A stretch of DNA of 62,046 nt, counting the filler, from Nitrospinae bacterium RIFCSPLOWO2_12_FULL_45_22 (GTDB taxonomy: Bacteria; 2-12-FULL-45-22): the NCBI GenBank assembly GCA_001803565.1. It is 5 parts of 5 records of this genome, joined end to end, with 100 filler letters (N's around TTAATTAATTAA, not from the genome) between each part and the next. Parts side by side here need not be neighbours in the genome. Positions count along the whole stretch, not along the records: positions 1 to 29,804 come from MHDQ01000092.1; positions 29,905 to 37,009 come from MHDQ01000093.1; positions 37,110 to 44,514 come from MHDQ01000094.1; 2 more parts are not named here. One strand, written 5' to 3'. The translations under genes were made by a program, and so were the position numbers. This document shows, in pieces, positions 29,048 to 37,394 of the stretch; position 1 is the first letter of the stretch, and the number at the start of each line of letters is the position of its first letter. A model generated the notes under the pieces. The model was not told the DNA's origin and searched no databases. It saw nothing but the letters and a program-made list of their open reading frames with translations.

Positions 29048-29095
29048 CCAATTCCCTCTCCCTTTACCTCTACCTCATATCAAAGGAGACATGCC

Positions 29096-29804
29096 CTGAA
29101 TATTTTTAGGAGAAAGAGGAAACATAAGGCATTTATCCTGGGACTGGATGGAGTCCCTTGCAGCCTGCTTCAAGGACTTATGCAAGAAGGGATTATGCCT
29201 AACCTATCTCAAATTATAAAAGAGGGCACATTATTGGAGATGGAGGCCTCATTACCAGAGGTCTCATCCACCTCCTGGGCCACTTTTATGACCGGAGTTA
29301 ATCCTGCCAGACATGGTATCTATGGCTTCATGGACTTGGAACCGGGCACTTATAAGCTTTATTTTCCTAACTCCATCAATATTAAAAGCGATACCTTTTG
29401 GGAAATCCTGGGAAGAGAGGGAAAGCGGAGCATTGTATTGAATGTCCCTTCTACCTACCCAGCTAAACCATTAAACGGTATCCTTACGGCGGGTTTTGTT
29501 GCGATTGACCTCAAAAAGGCTACCTATCCTGAATCAGCTTACCAATATCTGAAGGGCATTGATTACCGCATGGATGTAGAGGCCGAGAAGGCTGCTGAAT
29601 CCCTGGAGGCTCTGGCAGAAGAGATAGATTTTACTTTTAAGAAGCGCCGGGAAGCCTTTTTGCACTTTTTACGGGCAGAGAACTGGGATCTCTTTATTGC
29701 TTCTGTAACCGAGACTGACCGCCTGCACCATTTTCTCTGGGTTGCCCTGGAAAATAAGGAACATCCTCTGCATTCCTTCTTTATTGATTTTTATCGTAAA
29801 TTAG
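29096..29804 (+). CDS. Alkaline phosphatase superfamily (nucleotide pyrophosphatase/phosphodiesterase) protein, 3' truncated by contig end
   Basis: FILGLDGVP upstream of the tracked ATG, SSTSWATFMTGVNPARHGIYGF, ETDRLHH; start inferred at CTG 29096 behind SD AAGGAG. Confidence 0.82.
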
Positions 29805-29904
29805 NNNNNNNNNNNNNNNNNNNNNNNNNNNNNNNNNNNNNNNNNNNNTTAATTAATTAANNNNNNNNNNNNNNNNNNNNNNNNNNNNNNNNNNNNNNNN
29901 NNNN
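29805..29904. other. Artificial contig linker
   Basis: N44-TTAATTAATTAA-N44 (stops in all six frames), identical at four places. Confidence 0.98.
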
Positions 29905-30224
29905 AGGGTAGCTGCCCCGGCGATCTCTGCCCCCTCAATGAGTTCTTCTGGCCGGACTTTAAATATCTGGGCACAGTTTCCGCAGAGATAGAATTTGACC
30001 CTTTCCTTGATTAGGCCTGCCAGGAGTTCTCTGGCTGGAGGGAAGGGTGGGGCTTCCAAAAAATCTACCGCTCCTCGCTTGCCCAGCAGTACCCCCTGGT
30101 TGAGGAAAAAGATCACCAGGTCTGAACCCTGGGCCAGCAGGGCATTAGCTACAGCCAAGGCAGAGATAGCCCGTAATGGGGCATCTGTAGAATAAGTGAT
30201 CACTAAGACGAACTTTTTCTCCAT
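29905..30224 (-). CDS. DsrE family protein, 3' truncated
   Basis: IFFLNQGVLL, PPFPP, FYLCGNC, LIEGAEIAGAAT. Confidence 0.82.
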
Positions 30225-30364
30225 ATTTATTTCCCCCTATATTTTTGTTTAAGCAATTTTACCTCCATGAATCTGTATCAACCCGTGTTCATCCCGCACA
30301 CAGCAAGGTTCATCTGTGGTCAAAATTCCAATCATGGCTAAAAAAATTACAAATTTTCTTTTTT

Positions 30365-30423
30365 GCTAGGTCAGGAGACCCAGCACTACCCTACAGGATA
30401 GGATCGGGTCTCCTGACCCGATC
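30365..30423. repeat. REP-like palindromic doublet
   Basis: GCTAGGTCAGGAGACCCAGC and GATCGGGTCTCCTGACCCGATC are mutually complementary hairpins. Confidence 0.65.
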
Positions 30424-30438
30424 TCTAACTGGTATCCC

Positions 30439-30525
30439 TTAATCTTCTTTGATCAGGAGGACATTTACGGCCTTGACCACTACCCTGACCTCATCCCCTT
30501 CTTTAATGCCCAGGTCATCCAAGGT
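30439..30525 (-). pseudogene. TOBE (Mop/ModE-like molybdate-binding) domain remnant
   Basis: Minus strand reads LDDLGIKEGDEVRVVVKAVNVLLIKED-stop; the N-terminal half is missing. Confidence 0.65.
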
Positions 30526-30639
30526 TGAGAGGAAATTAATTTTTCCTTTACAGCAAGGGTGCGGAATGTGGGCTTGATATTTTTCTGGGATTCATTCTTT
30601 ACCTCAAGCGGGTTTATTTAGTCGAAAGATACTCTCAGG

Positions 30640-31935
30640 CTAATGGGTCTTTCTAATCATCTCTAAGAAGGCCTCTAGCCGGTTAGTCAATGGACCTATA
30701 TCTTCCTGGCTATAATCAGTCTCTACCCGCAAGACCGGTACCCCTATTCCTTTCAATGCCTTCTCTACCCGATAGAACTCTACGGCATAAGTAGTACAGA
30801 ACTGTAAGATATTGTAGATTACACCATCCACCCGATACTGCTGGGCGAGGTCTATGATATTATTTATCCTGTCATCATTAGGGGTAAAGCAGGCACAGTC
30901 CAGCTTAAGGTATCTATCACTCAGGACCCGGAGTTGATTATCCAATTTGCCATCGCTCTCCTCTACCGGGTCGCGGAAATACCGTTGACCCGTGCAAGCC
31001 TCTTCACAGACTACTGCCCCACCATTTGTCTCGACAATATGGTGTATTTTCCAATTAGGTAGTACCATGGGGCAGCCGGAGACCATGAGTCTCGGCATGG
31101 CCGCATCTATTGCTCCTTGGCTGTTCCTTACCCTTTGCTCCAACTCCTGGCGTAGTGTCTCTGCCCCTTCCAGGAACTGTTCGATATCATCAGAAAATCC
31201 TAATTGGGTGACCAGTAGGGCGTCTTTACCGCTGATAGGGGTAGGTGAAATCTTTCTAGTCTCATTCAATCTCTTAAGTATTGCCCTTCTACGATTAACA
31301 CGGGCTATGGCTTCTTTAAGCCCCGCAGCATCAATCTCATTACCTGTGATCTCTTCCACCTTCTCCTTAAACTTTATCATCTCTTCCAGCCAGAGTTCCT
31401 GGGCCTTTGTTCCTTTCATAGCCGGTAGGTGCATGACATGCAAGGGTATCAGGTCTTGGAATATCTCCCAGGCCTTTTTCTTCCCATCGCAGGTAGTCTC
31501 ACCTACTACCAGGTCAGCAAGCTCAAAATAGGGACATAGCCGCGAAAGTTTCATTCCTAAGGAGGATCTGATCAAGGGGCAGATATTTCTGGGAAGGTAT
31601 TGCTCTGCCTCCGGGCCTCCTATATCTGCCCCGGCACAAAGCCCCACCATCATCCCGCCGGCTGCCAGGACGATCTCTTCCGGGACATATAGGCAGAAGG
31701 CACCTATAACCTTACCGCCCTTCTCTTTGTGCTCACTTAGTTCCCTGATACGGCACCCATGGATCTCTGACATCCTGAAATCAAAATAAGACATGGCCTT
31801 GGGGCGGTTCTTCTGACTAAGAAATACCTCCCGAAACATGGGTTGTAATCCCTGCATAAGCTGGTCATGGGCCCCAATATCAATCCCCAGGTTTTTTAGC
31901 ATATGATTGTGCCCTTCAAACTCTTTTTCAGCCAT
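30640..31935 (-). CDS. Double-cubane cluster-containing anaerobic reductase (2-hydroxyacyl-CoA dehydratase family)
   Basis: N-terminal extension HDQLM...QKNRPKAMSYFD...EIHG, FCLYVPEE, GLCAG, ICPLI, CPYF, ETTCDGKKK, GCP, EEACTG, CACFTPN, FCTTY. Confidence 0.85.
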   Translation of the reverse strand: MAEKEFEGHNHMLKNLGIDIGAHDQLMQGLQPMFREVFLSQKNRPKAMSYFDFRMSEIHGCRIRELSEHKEKGGKVIGAFCLYVPEEIVLAAGGMMVGLCAGADIGGPEAEQYLPRNICPLIRSSLGMKLSRLCPYFELADLVVGETTCDGKKKAWEIFQDLIPLHVMHLPAMKGTKAQELWLEEMIKFKEKVEEITGNEIDAAGLKEAIARVNRRRAILKRLNETRKISPTPISGKDALLVTQLGFSDDIEQFLEGAETLRQELEQRVRNSQGAIDAAMPRLMVSGCPMVLPNWKIHHIVETNGGAVVCEEACTGQRYFRDPVEESDGKLDNQLRVLSDRYLKLDCACFTPNDDRINNIIDLAQQYRVDGVIYNILQFCTTYAVEFYRVEKALKGIGVPVLRVETDYSQEDIGPLTNRLEAFLEMIRKTH

Positions 31936-31958
31936 CTCAACCCCTCCTTCTGCAATTG

Positions 31959-32139
31959 TTTAGCCACGGATGAACACGCATCATCCAGCTACCTTTCCCT
32001 GCCAGGAAGACACAAAGACACCAAGGCTACCCCATACAGGGTAAAATTTAGAGCGGGGAAAAGGGTTCATACCTTATTTACTCTTCTTTAGTGACTTAGT
32101 GGCCTAATCTGTGTCTATGTGTAGTCATTCGTGGCTAAA
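31959..32139. repeat. Nested inverted-repeat element without cargo gene
   Basis: TTTAGCCACGGATGA / TCATTCGTGGCTAAA (14/15) enclosing an inner pair GACACAAAGACACCAAG / CTTTAGTGACTTAGTGGC. Confidence 0.7.
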
Positions 32140-32222
32140 ATCCTTACTATAGCTAAACACTTACAAATTATCAATTAATCAGATAAGGATTTCTACCGAA
32201 AGTTGCTGGAAAGGTACTAATA

Positions 32223-33680
32223 TTATGGGTTACTCCCAGTCCTTATAGGATAATTAGAGGACATATCATCTTTGAATGTGTAATTTGGGTTGTGCAAGGC
32301 TATATTCCAGGCACTGGTTGACCACTTCAGGTTTATGGCATTATATCCCAGGAGGTTAAGGAGCATGGTGATCTGTTCGGAAGCCCCCGCAGGTATGCAA
32401 TACGGTACAATTTGCCGGTTCGGCGGTAGATGCTGCAAGCTGGCCAGGGCTGGTATATCCCGCCAGTTCATAGCCTTATGCCGGGGGATATTTACATGCC
32501 CGGTAAAGTTCGGAGGTAATACATCTAATATAAAAGGATCATTAGAGGTATCATCGCCTGCGCCATACAGCGCCCCATCACTATCATCGTCAAGGATCTC
32601 CATGAGCTCATCGGTATACATATACCATCTCTTAGCGACCATAGGGAAAATGATCTTTGCCCGCTCCAGGACGGCAGCCCTCATGTCTGTCTGGCTGGTA
32701 CTGATCCTGGGATAGGGATAGACGGGGCCATCTTCCAATTTTGGGGTGGTAGAATCTATGGGAAAGTTATTATTACTGGACCTCGAGTCCTCAGTAAATC
32801 TTCCCGGGGCAATGCTAGAATCCCTTGTCCAGCCGACCATACCCCATTTCAGGTTAAAGACTTTATGGTAGTTAAACCCCAATAGATTAAAATACATAAC
32901 CAACTGTTGCGATAGGCTATGATCCCGGTCTACTATGATAATCTCCCGGTCAGTGGGTAGTCGGTCAATATTTTCCTCTTTGGCCAACTCTTCAAAGGGA
33001 ATATTTATCGCCCCGGGTATATGCCCCCTTTCATACTCTGCCTTACTCCGTGCATCCAGCACAAACGGGTCATTAGCAGGATTATCCTGCTCGTCAATCT
33101 TGCCGTCCCCATTGTCATCCAGGAGGCCATAGAGATAACTGGCTTCCTTTTTATAGGGCAGCTTTTCTATTCCGGCAGCCGCCAGATAAGTGAAGGCCTT
33201 CTCAGCAATGGCAACGAATACTGGATCAGGATTGTTAATTGTAGGAAGACTTTCCCCTTGAGGAAGTACCATTAGAGTCACCTCATGCCTCCCTATATTC
33301 CCGGACCTGTCTTTAAGACCGATGCCCAAGGTATTAAGTCCTTGAGAAAAGACTAATCCAGGAAAGGTGATGGTGACCTTTTTTTCGCCAACCGCCTTCA
33401 TTTGGGCCGTCCCGCTTAATACGGCTGGTACTAGAAAATCATTGATAGACCAATTAAAGACGGTGCCGTTATAGGAGACTTCAAAAAAAGCGCGGTCTAT
33501 ATCTGAGAGCCCGTTCGGATCGGTTATAGTAAAGACCAGGTCAAGCGGCGAATAGAGACTTCCGCCGGTTAGGATATTGGTGATAGGCTGGGCACTAACC
33601 GGTAAAGTTTTGTGAAAGCTAAAAGCCAAGATAACTCCTAGTATCATTATAGAGATAACCCTGGTTCTTAATCTATTCAT
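32223..33680 (-). CDS. Exported tandem-rhodanese (sulfurtransferase) protein with N-terminal beta-rich domain
   Basis: Signal peptide; FVLDARSKAEYERGHIPGAINIP; second domain IVPYCIPAG with Cys; NLKWG/NLKWS motifs; start 33680 after SD. Confidence 0.8.
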   Translation of the reverse strand: MNRLRTRVISIMILGVILAFSFHKTLPVSAQPITNILTGGSLYSPLDLVFTITDPNGLSDIDRAFFEVSYNGTVFNWSINDFLVPAVLSGTAQMKAVGEKKVTITFPGLVFSQGLNTLGIGLKDRSGNIGRHEVTLMVLPQGESLPTINNPDPVFVAIAEKAFTYLAAAGIEKLPYKKEASYLYGLLDDNGDGKIDEQDNPANDPFVLDARSKAEYERGHIPGAINIPFEELAKEENIDRLPTDREIIIVDRDHSLSQQLVMYFNLLGFNYHKVFNLKWGMVGWTRDSSIAPGRFTEDSRSSNNNFPIDSTTPKLEDGPVYPYPRISTSQTDMRAAVLERAKIIFPMVAKRWYMYTDELMEILDDDSDGALYGAGDDTSNDPFILDVLPPNFTGHVNIPRHKAMNWRDIPALASLQHLPPNRQIVPYCIPAGASEQITMLLNLLGYNAINLKWSTSAWNIALHNPNYTFKDDMSSNYPIRTGSNP

Positions 33681-33798
33681 CTTTCTCCCTCCTTTTGAAT
33701 AAAATTCCATATTGAAAAAAGTCTCTTTTATCCTTGTATAAAGTTTAGATTGCCCAAGCTAACCCTACAGCCCTCACCGAGGGTAGAAACTAGTTTTT

Positions 33799-34131
33799 TC
33801 ATGCGGCCTCTATACCTGCCTGGATACCTCCTATTTCAACCTCGAGATCATCCAGGGCCTGATCGTCTGAACCCAATATCCCGGCTGATAATTCATCTAT
33901 CCCGGTAGGGGGCTCCGGCAGATCGGGTAAATCCCTTTCATTGTAAGATTCTTTCCTTACTATACCCTTATCCCTGTGGGCTCCAGGCAGAAGGGTAATG
34001 GATGGAAAGACAGGTAAATCATTTAGGGATTTGATCTCCTGGGCATAAGCCGAATCAGTTTTCAATATCAACCATAGGATAACTGTCCCCATAGTTAAGA
34101 CCCATAGTATTCTCTTAATCAAAAATATCAC
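33799..34131 (-). CDS. Hypothetical exported acidic protein
   Basis: Signal peptide ending AYA-QE, SD GGAGG, co-oriented in operon. Confidence 0.55.
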   Translation of the reverse strand: MIFLIKRILWVLTMGTVILWLILKTDSAYAQEIKSLNDLPVFPSITLLPGAHRDKGIVRKESYNERDLPDLPEPPTGIDELSAGILGSDDQALDDLEVEIGGIQAGIEAA

Positions 34132-34148
34132 CTCCTTCCACTATCAGA

Positions 34149-34739
34149 TCATTGGGTATTCAAAAGATTCTCAATCAGGGAGCGGGAGAGGATATCTTCC
34201 CAGTCTCTGCCACCCAAAATTACCTTCTTTATCACCCCCTTTCTGTCAATCAAAAGAGTTGTGGGCATAAATTTGATCCTATATGCCCCCTCTATTTTGT
34301 GCGATGGGTCTAAAAAGACGGGGAAGGTAAAGCCTCTCTCTTTGACAAAGGACTCAACCTTGTCCAGATTCCCTTTATCTACGGATATGGCCATTATCTT
34401 AAACCCTTCATCTTTATAGTCCTGGTAAATTTGCTCCATGGAAGGCATCTCCGCCTCACAAGGCTTGCACCAGGTAGCCCAGAAGTTAAGGAGTACCACT
34501 TTACCCCGATAACCTTTCAGGCTTATATCCTTACCCTCCATACCTTTAAGGGTGAAATCGGGGGCATAATTACCTACCATGGGTAATTCAACCTCTGGGT
34601 GTTCTTCACCCTCTTCCATTGGGGACGCCACGGCAAACGCTGCACCTTCTCCCCTTGGGCTGCGACTTCCGGGCAGACAAGATAAAAATAGATTAAAAGC
34701 TCCAAGAAGGGAAAATAACCACAAGACCTTTCTCTTCAT
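34149..34739 (-). CDS. TlpA/ResA-like thiol-disulfide oxidoreductase, probable lipoprotein
   Basis: APDFTL, GKVVLLNFWATWCKPC, EMPSM, PTTLLID; lipobox FLSC. Confidence 0.9.
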   Translation of the reverse strand: MKRKVLWLFSLLGAFNLFLSCLPGSRSPRGEGAAFAVASPMEEGEEHPEVELPMVGNYAPDFTLKGMEGKDISLKGYRGKVVLLNFWATWCKPCEAEMPSMEQIYQDYKDEGFKIMAISVDKGNLDKVESFVKERGFTFPVFLDPSHKIEGAYRIKFMPTTLLIDRKGVIKKVILGGRDWEDILSRSLIENLLNTQ

Positions 34740-34801
34740 ATTCACATGCCCTCCTATTTGTATGAATAAAGTAGCAATCTGAATCCTCAGGCCCAAGCCC
34801 A

Positions 34802-36844
34802 TTAAAAATTAGCATTGAAAGTTAAATAAAATAGATTCCGGTCGTAGTTTCTATCAGTAGGGGCTGCCCTTCCAATATTGGAATTATTGGTTATATCCCG
34901 GTACCTGAGGGAGACCTTGAAGTGGTCAAATATCTCCCGGGATATCTCGATGGAATAAGTAAAGCGGTTATCCCCTCTCTCCCTGAATAGATTCGTTCTG
35001 TTCTCATACAGTACCGGGATTAACATATTCTCTGTTTTTATAAAGTTGGGCCTTCCGAGGGTATCAAAGGGCCTTTGATCATGATAGATATACTGGTCAA
35101 GGGATGAGTAGTTCCTTATCAAATATTCACCAGTTAAGTTGATATTGATGCTAAATATTAGGGGAAGGGAAAGCCGGGCTGATATTTCATGGCCGCTATA
35201 GGAATAAGACTGGAAGAAGGGAAATTCTTCTGTCCCTTGCTCTTCCACCGGAGGAAGATAGGGGTCTCCTGGCCTAAACCCCTTCCTGCCCAACAGAAAT
35301 GGCTGGGTTCCAGTCCGGTCATTTAAATCTTCCTCGGTATATTTATAGCTCAGCGTTAGAAGCCCCTTCCGGTTCATAAAATAGAAATACTGGGATAAGG
35401 AGGCAGTCCGCCTTATCCCTTCTAGATAGTCGTAGTCTGAACCTTTGGCATTTATCCACTGATAAGACAACTCCATCTTGGTAAACAAATTCCTTGTCTC
35501 CGTAAAGGTTATGCCTGGGGTAACTTTGTTGCTGGTTTGGTAGGGTTTATCATCCAGGTAATAGAAATACTTCTCGTATTCGAGTCCAAAAACTAATGGA
35601 TCAAGTTTATATCTGGTATATAGCCTCCCGAAATGTCCCTGAAAATCGAATTCTTTCAGGTCTCTATATTGATCCTGGTAGAAGATATAGCGGGCACCTA
35701 GAGTAAGGTCGGGCCGGTTTATAAATTTGTACTCGCCCAAAAGGGTAGTATTTAACAGATTATCCGACTCCTGTGAGGTCTGATCCCCTGAGGAAAAGAG
35801 GGTTACATTAGAATCGGACTGGCCGTTAGCATCAATACTCAATCGCCATCTTTTTCTGCTTCGCCTGGCCTCTTTGATCAGGTCAAGGTATCTCACGGCA
35901 GCATCCTTGTATTTTGTCTTTCCTGCGATGGCCTTCTTGAACTCCATCTCTGCCCTATCTTCGTCCCCAGTCTGGAGAGCAGCTATACCGGTAAAGAAGA
36001 TGAACTTACCTTCTTCTGGTTTTAACACCCGGGCAGCGTCCAGGGAGTTAACAGCCGCCGGATAATTTCCCAATTTATAGTAGGTATAGCCCAGGTAATA
36101 GTAGATAGCTGCCTCATTGGTACTGGCGACCGAGGCCTGTTCAAACTCCCGCACAGCACCCTTATAGTCACCCCTTTTAAACTTCTCTATACCCCTAGAA
36201 TAGGATACTTGTCCCTCTTCCTTGAGGATGGTATCCATTCTACCTTTCTCAATGGAATCCATCACCCGGCGCGCCTCTTCCCTCAATTCCGTTGAAGATT
36301 CCATATTTATAACCTTGGAGAACTCTTTTTTGGCCATTATTCCCAGGCCAGCCATGAAATATGTCATGCCCATGTTGAAATGGGAGTTAGCGGTCAGAGA
36401 AGGTTCAAGCCTGGCGGATTGCTTAAAAGAAGAGATGGCGTCATTCCAATTACCCATCTCATAATAGACAATTCCCAGTACATAATGGACAACACCTTCC
36501 TCGGGGTGGGTCTTCAGGATAATCTGGCACTCATCTACGGAAGATTGGTAATTCTTCAATTTGAGATAGGCTAAAGCCAGGTCAAGGCGGGTCTTAGTAT
36601 TCGCTGGGTTTTCAGACAGAATGAGCTTTAATTCCTCTACTGCCTTTGCGTACTCCGCCTTTTTCAAGAATTCCTCTGCCGTTAATAGATGCGGGGAAGG
36701 GTTGGCTGCCAGGTTCTCTTTATCAGACCCGGCATATCCCTTATTGAGGCTGCCCAGGATCAACATAAAAACTAATATGAATAGCTTTGATGATTTATCT
36801 TTTCCCATCCCCAATAATTTGTCTCTGATTATAACCGAGCGCAT
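34802..36844 (-). CDS. TPR-repeat plus outer-membrane beta-barrel protein (Slam/DUF560-like architecture)
   Basis: Signal peptide, several TPR repeats, DSNV motif, amphipathic beta strands, terminal Phe (FNANF). Confidence 0.75.
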   Translation of the reverse strand: MRSVIIRDKLLGMGKDKSSKLFILVFMLILGSLNKGYAGSDKENLAANPSPHLLTAEEFLKKAEYAKAVEELKLILSENPANTKTRLDLALAYLKLKNYQSSVDECQIILKTHPEEGVVHYVLGIVYYEMGNWNDAISSFKQSARLEPSLTANSHFNMGMTYFMAGLGIMAKKEFSKVINMESSTELREEARRVMDSIEKGRMDTILKEEGQVSYSRGIEKFKRGDYKGAVREFEQASVASTNEAAIYYYLGYTYYKLGNYPAAVNSLDAARVLKPEEGKFIFFTGIAALQTGDEDRAEMEFKKAIAGKTKYKDAAVRYLDLIKEARRSRKRWRLSIDANGQSDSNVTLFSSGDQTSQESDNLLNTTLLGEYKFINRPDLTLGARYIFYQDQYRDLKEFDFQGHFGRLYTRYKLDPLVFGLEYEKYFYYLDDKPYQTSNKVTPGITFTETRNLFTKMELSYQWINAKGSDYDYLEGIRRTASLSQYFYFMNRKGLLTLSYKYTEEDLNDRTGTQPFLLGRKGFRPGDPYLPPVEEQGTEEFPFFQSYSYSGHEISARLSLPLIFSININLTGEYLIRNYSSLDQYIYHDQRPFDTLGRPNFIKTENMLIPVLYENRTNLFRERGDNRFTYSIEISREIFDHFKVSLRYRDITNNSNIGRAAPTDRNYDRNLFYLTFNANF

Positions 36845-37009
36845 AAGAGATTTAGCTGGGATCTATACCTTTGCCTGGCACATTACTGTGCCCTGCTTTA
36901 TCTCTTTTACTTCGCCACCCAGCTTTCTCAGCAAAAGATTGCACCAGTATCTCTTTCAGCCATCTCAATCCCTCTTCTAGAAGCTAACGGTTTCCCGCTC
37001 TGCCATCAG

Positions 37010-37109
37010 NNNNNNNNNNNNNNNNNNNNNNNNNNNNNNNNNNNNNNNNNNNNTTAATTAATTAANNNNNNNNNNNNNNNNNNNNNNNNNNNNNNNNNNN
37101 NNNNNNNNN
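37010..37109. other. Artificial contig linker
   Basis: N44-TTAATTAATTAA-N44. Confidence 0.98.
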
Positions 37110-37121
37110 ACTAACCGTTCA

Positions 37122-37145
37122 GTATGTGAACATATGTTCACATAC
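37122..37145. promoter_or_regulatory. Perfect 24-bp palindrome, candidate operator
   Basis: GTATGTGAACATATGTTCACATAC equals its own reverse complement; 250 bp upstream of the YCF48/RND operon. Confidence 0.6.
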
Positions 37146-37170
37146 CCACGTTCCGCTGTCAGCAAGACTT

Positions 37171-37246
37171 ATCGTAAGGCGTTAGGGTCAGGCGTTAGTA
37201 GAAATTTTTCTTACCCCTTGCCCTCTTACGTCTGACGGCTTACGAT
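37171..37246. repeat. Inverted heptamer-array hairpin (CGTAAGG / CTTACG)
   Basis: ATCGTAAGGCGTTAGGGTCAGGCGTTAG ... CTTACCCCTTGCCCTCTTACGTCTGACGGCTTACGAT. Confidence 0.7.
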
Positions 37247-37394
37247 TGCTTTTAACTGAAGGCTGGAGGTTTATGGTAGTAGGTGAACACTACGCATGAA
37301 TTGATTAGGGTGTGGCTATTCTCAGAAATCCATTAACAAGGGTTATGAATTAATGGGGGTAGGAAAATTTTTGGTTAGAAAGGAAGGGGTGCAT

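Noticed and set aside
29805-29904. Repeated TTAATTAATTAA flanked by Ns (four copies) as a biological repeat
   Set aside because: Identical 100-bp six-frame-stop linker used to concatenate contigs; gene neighbourhoods across these points are not evidence, and ORFs running into them are truncated.
36907-36963. Tiny minus-strand ORF MAERDTGAIFC-TGA-ESWVAK as a selenopeptide
   Set aside because: Only 18 codons, no recognisable family and no convincing SECIS.
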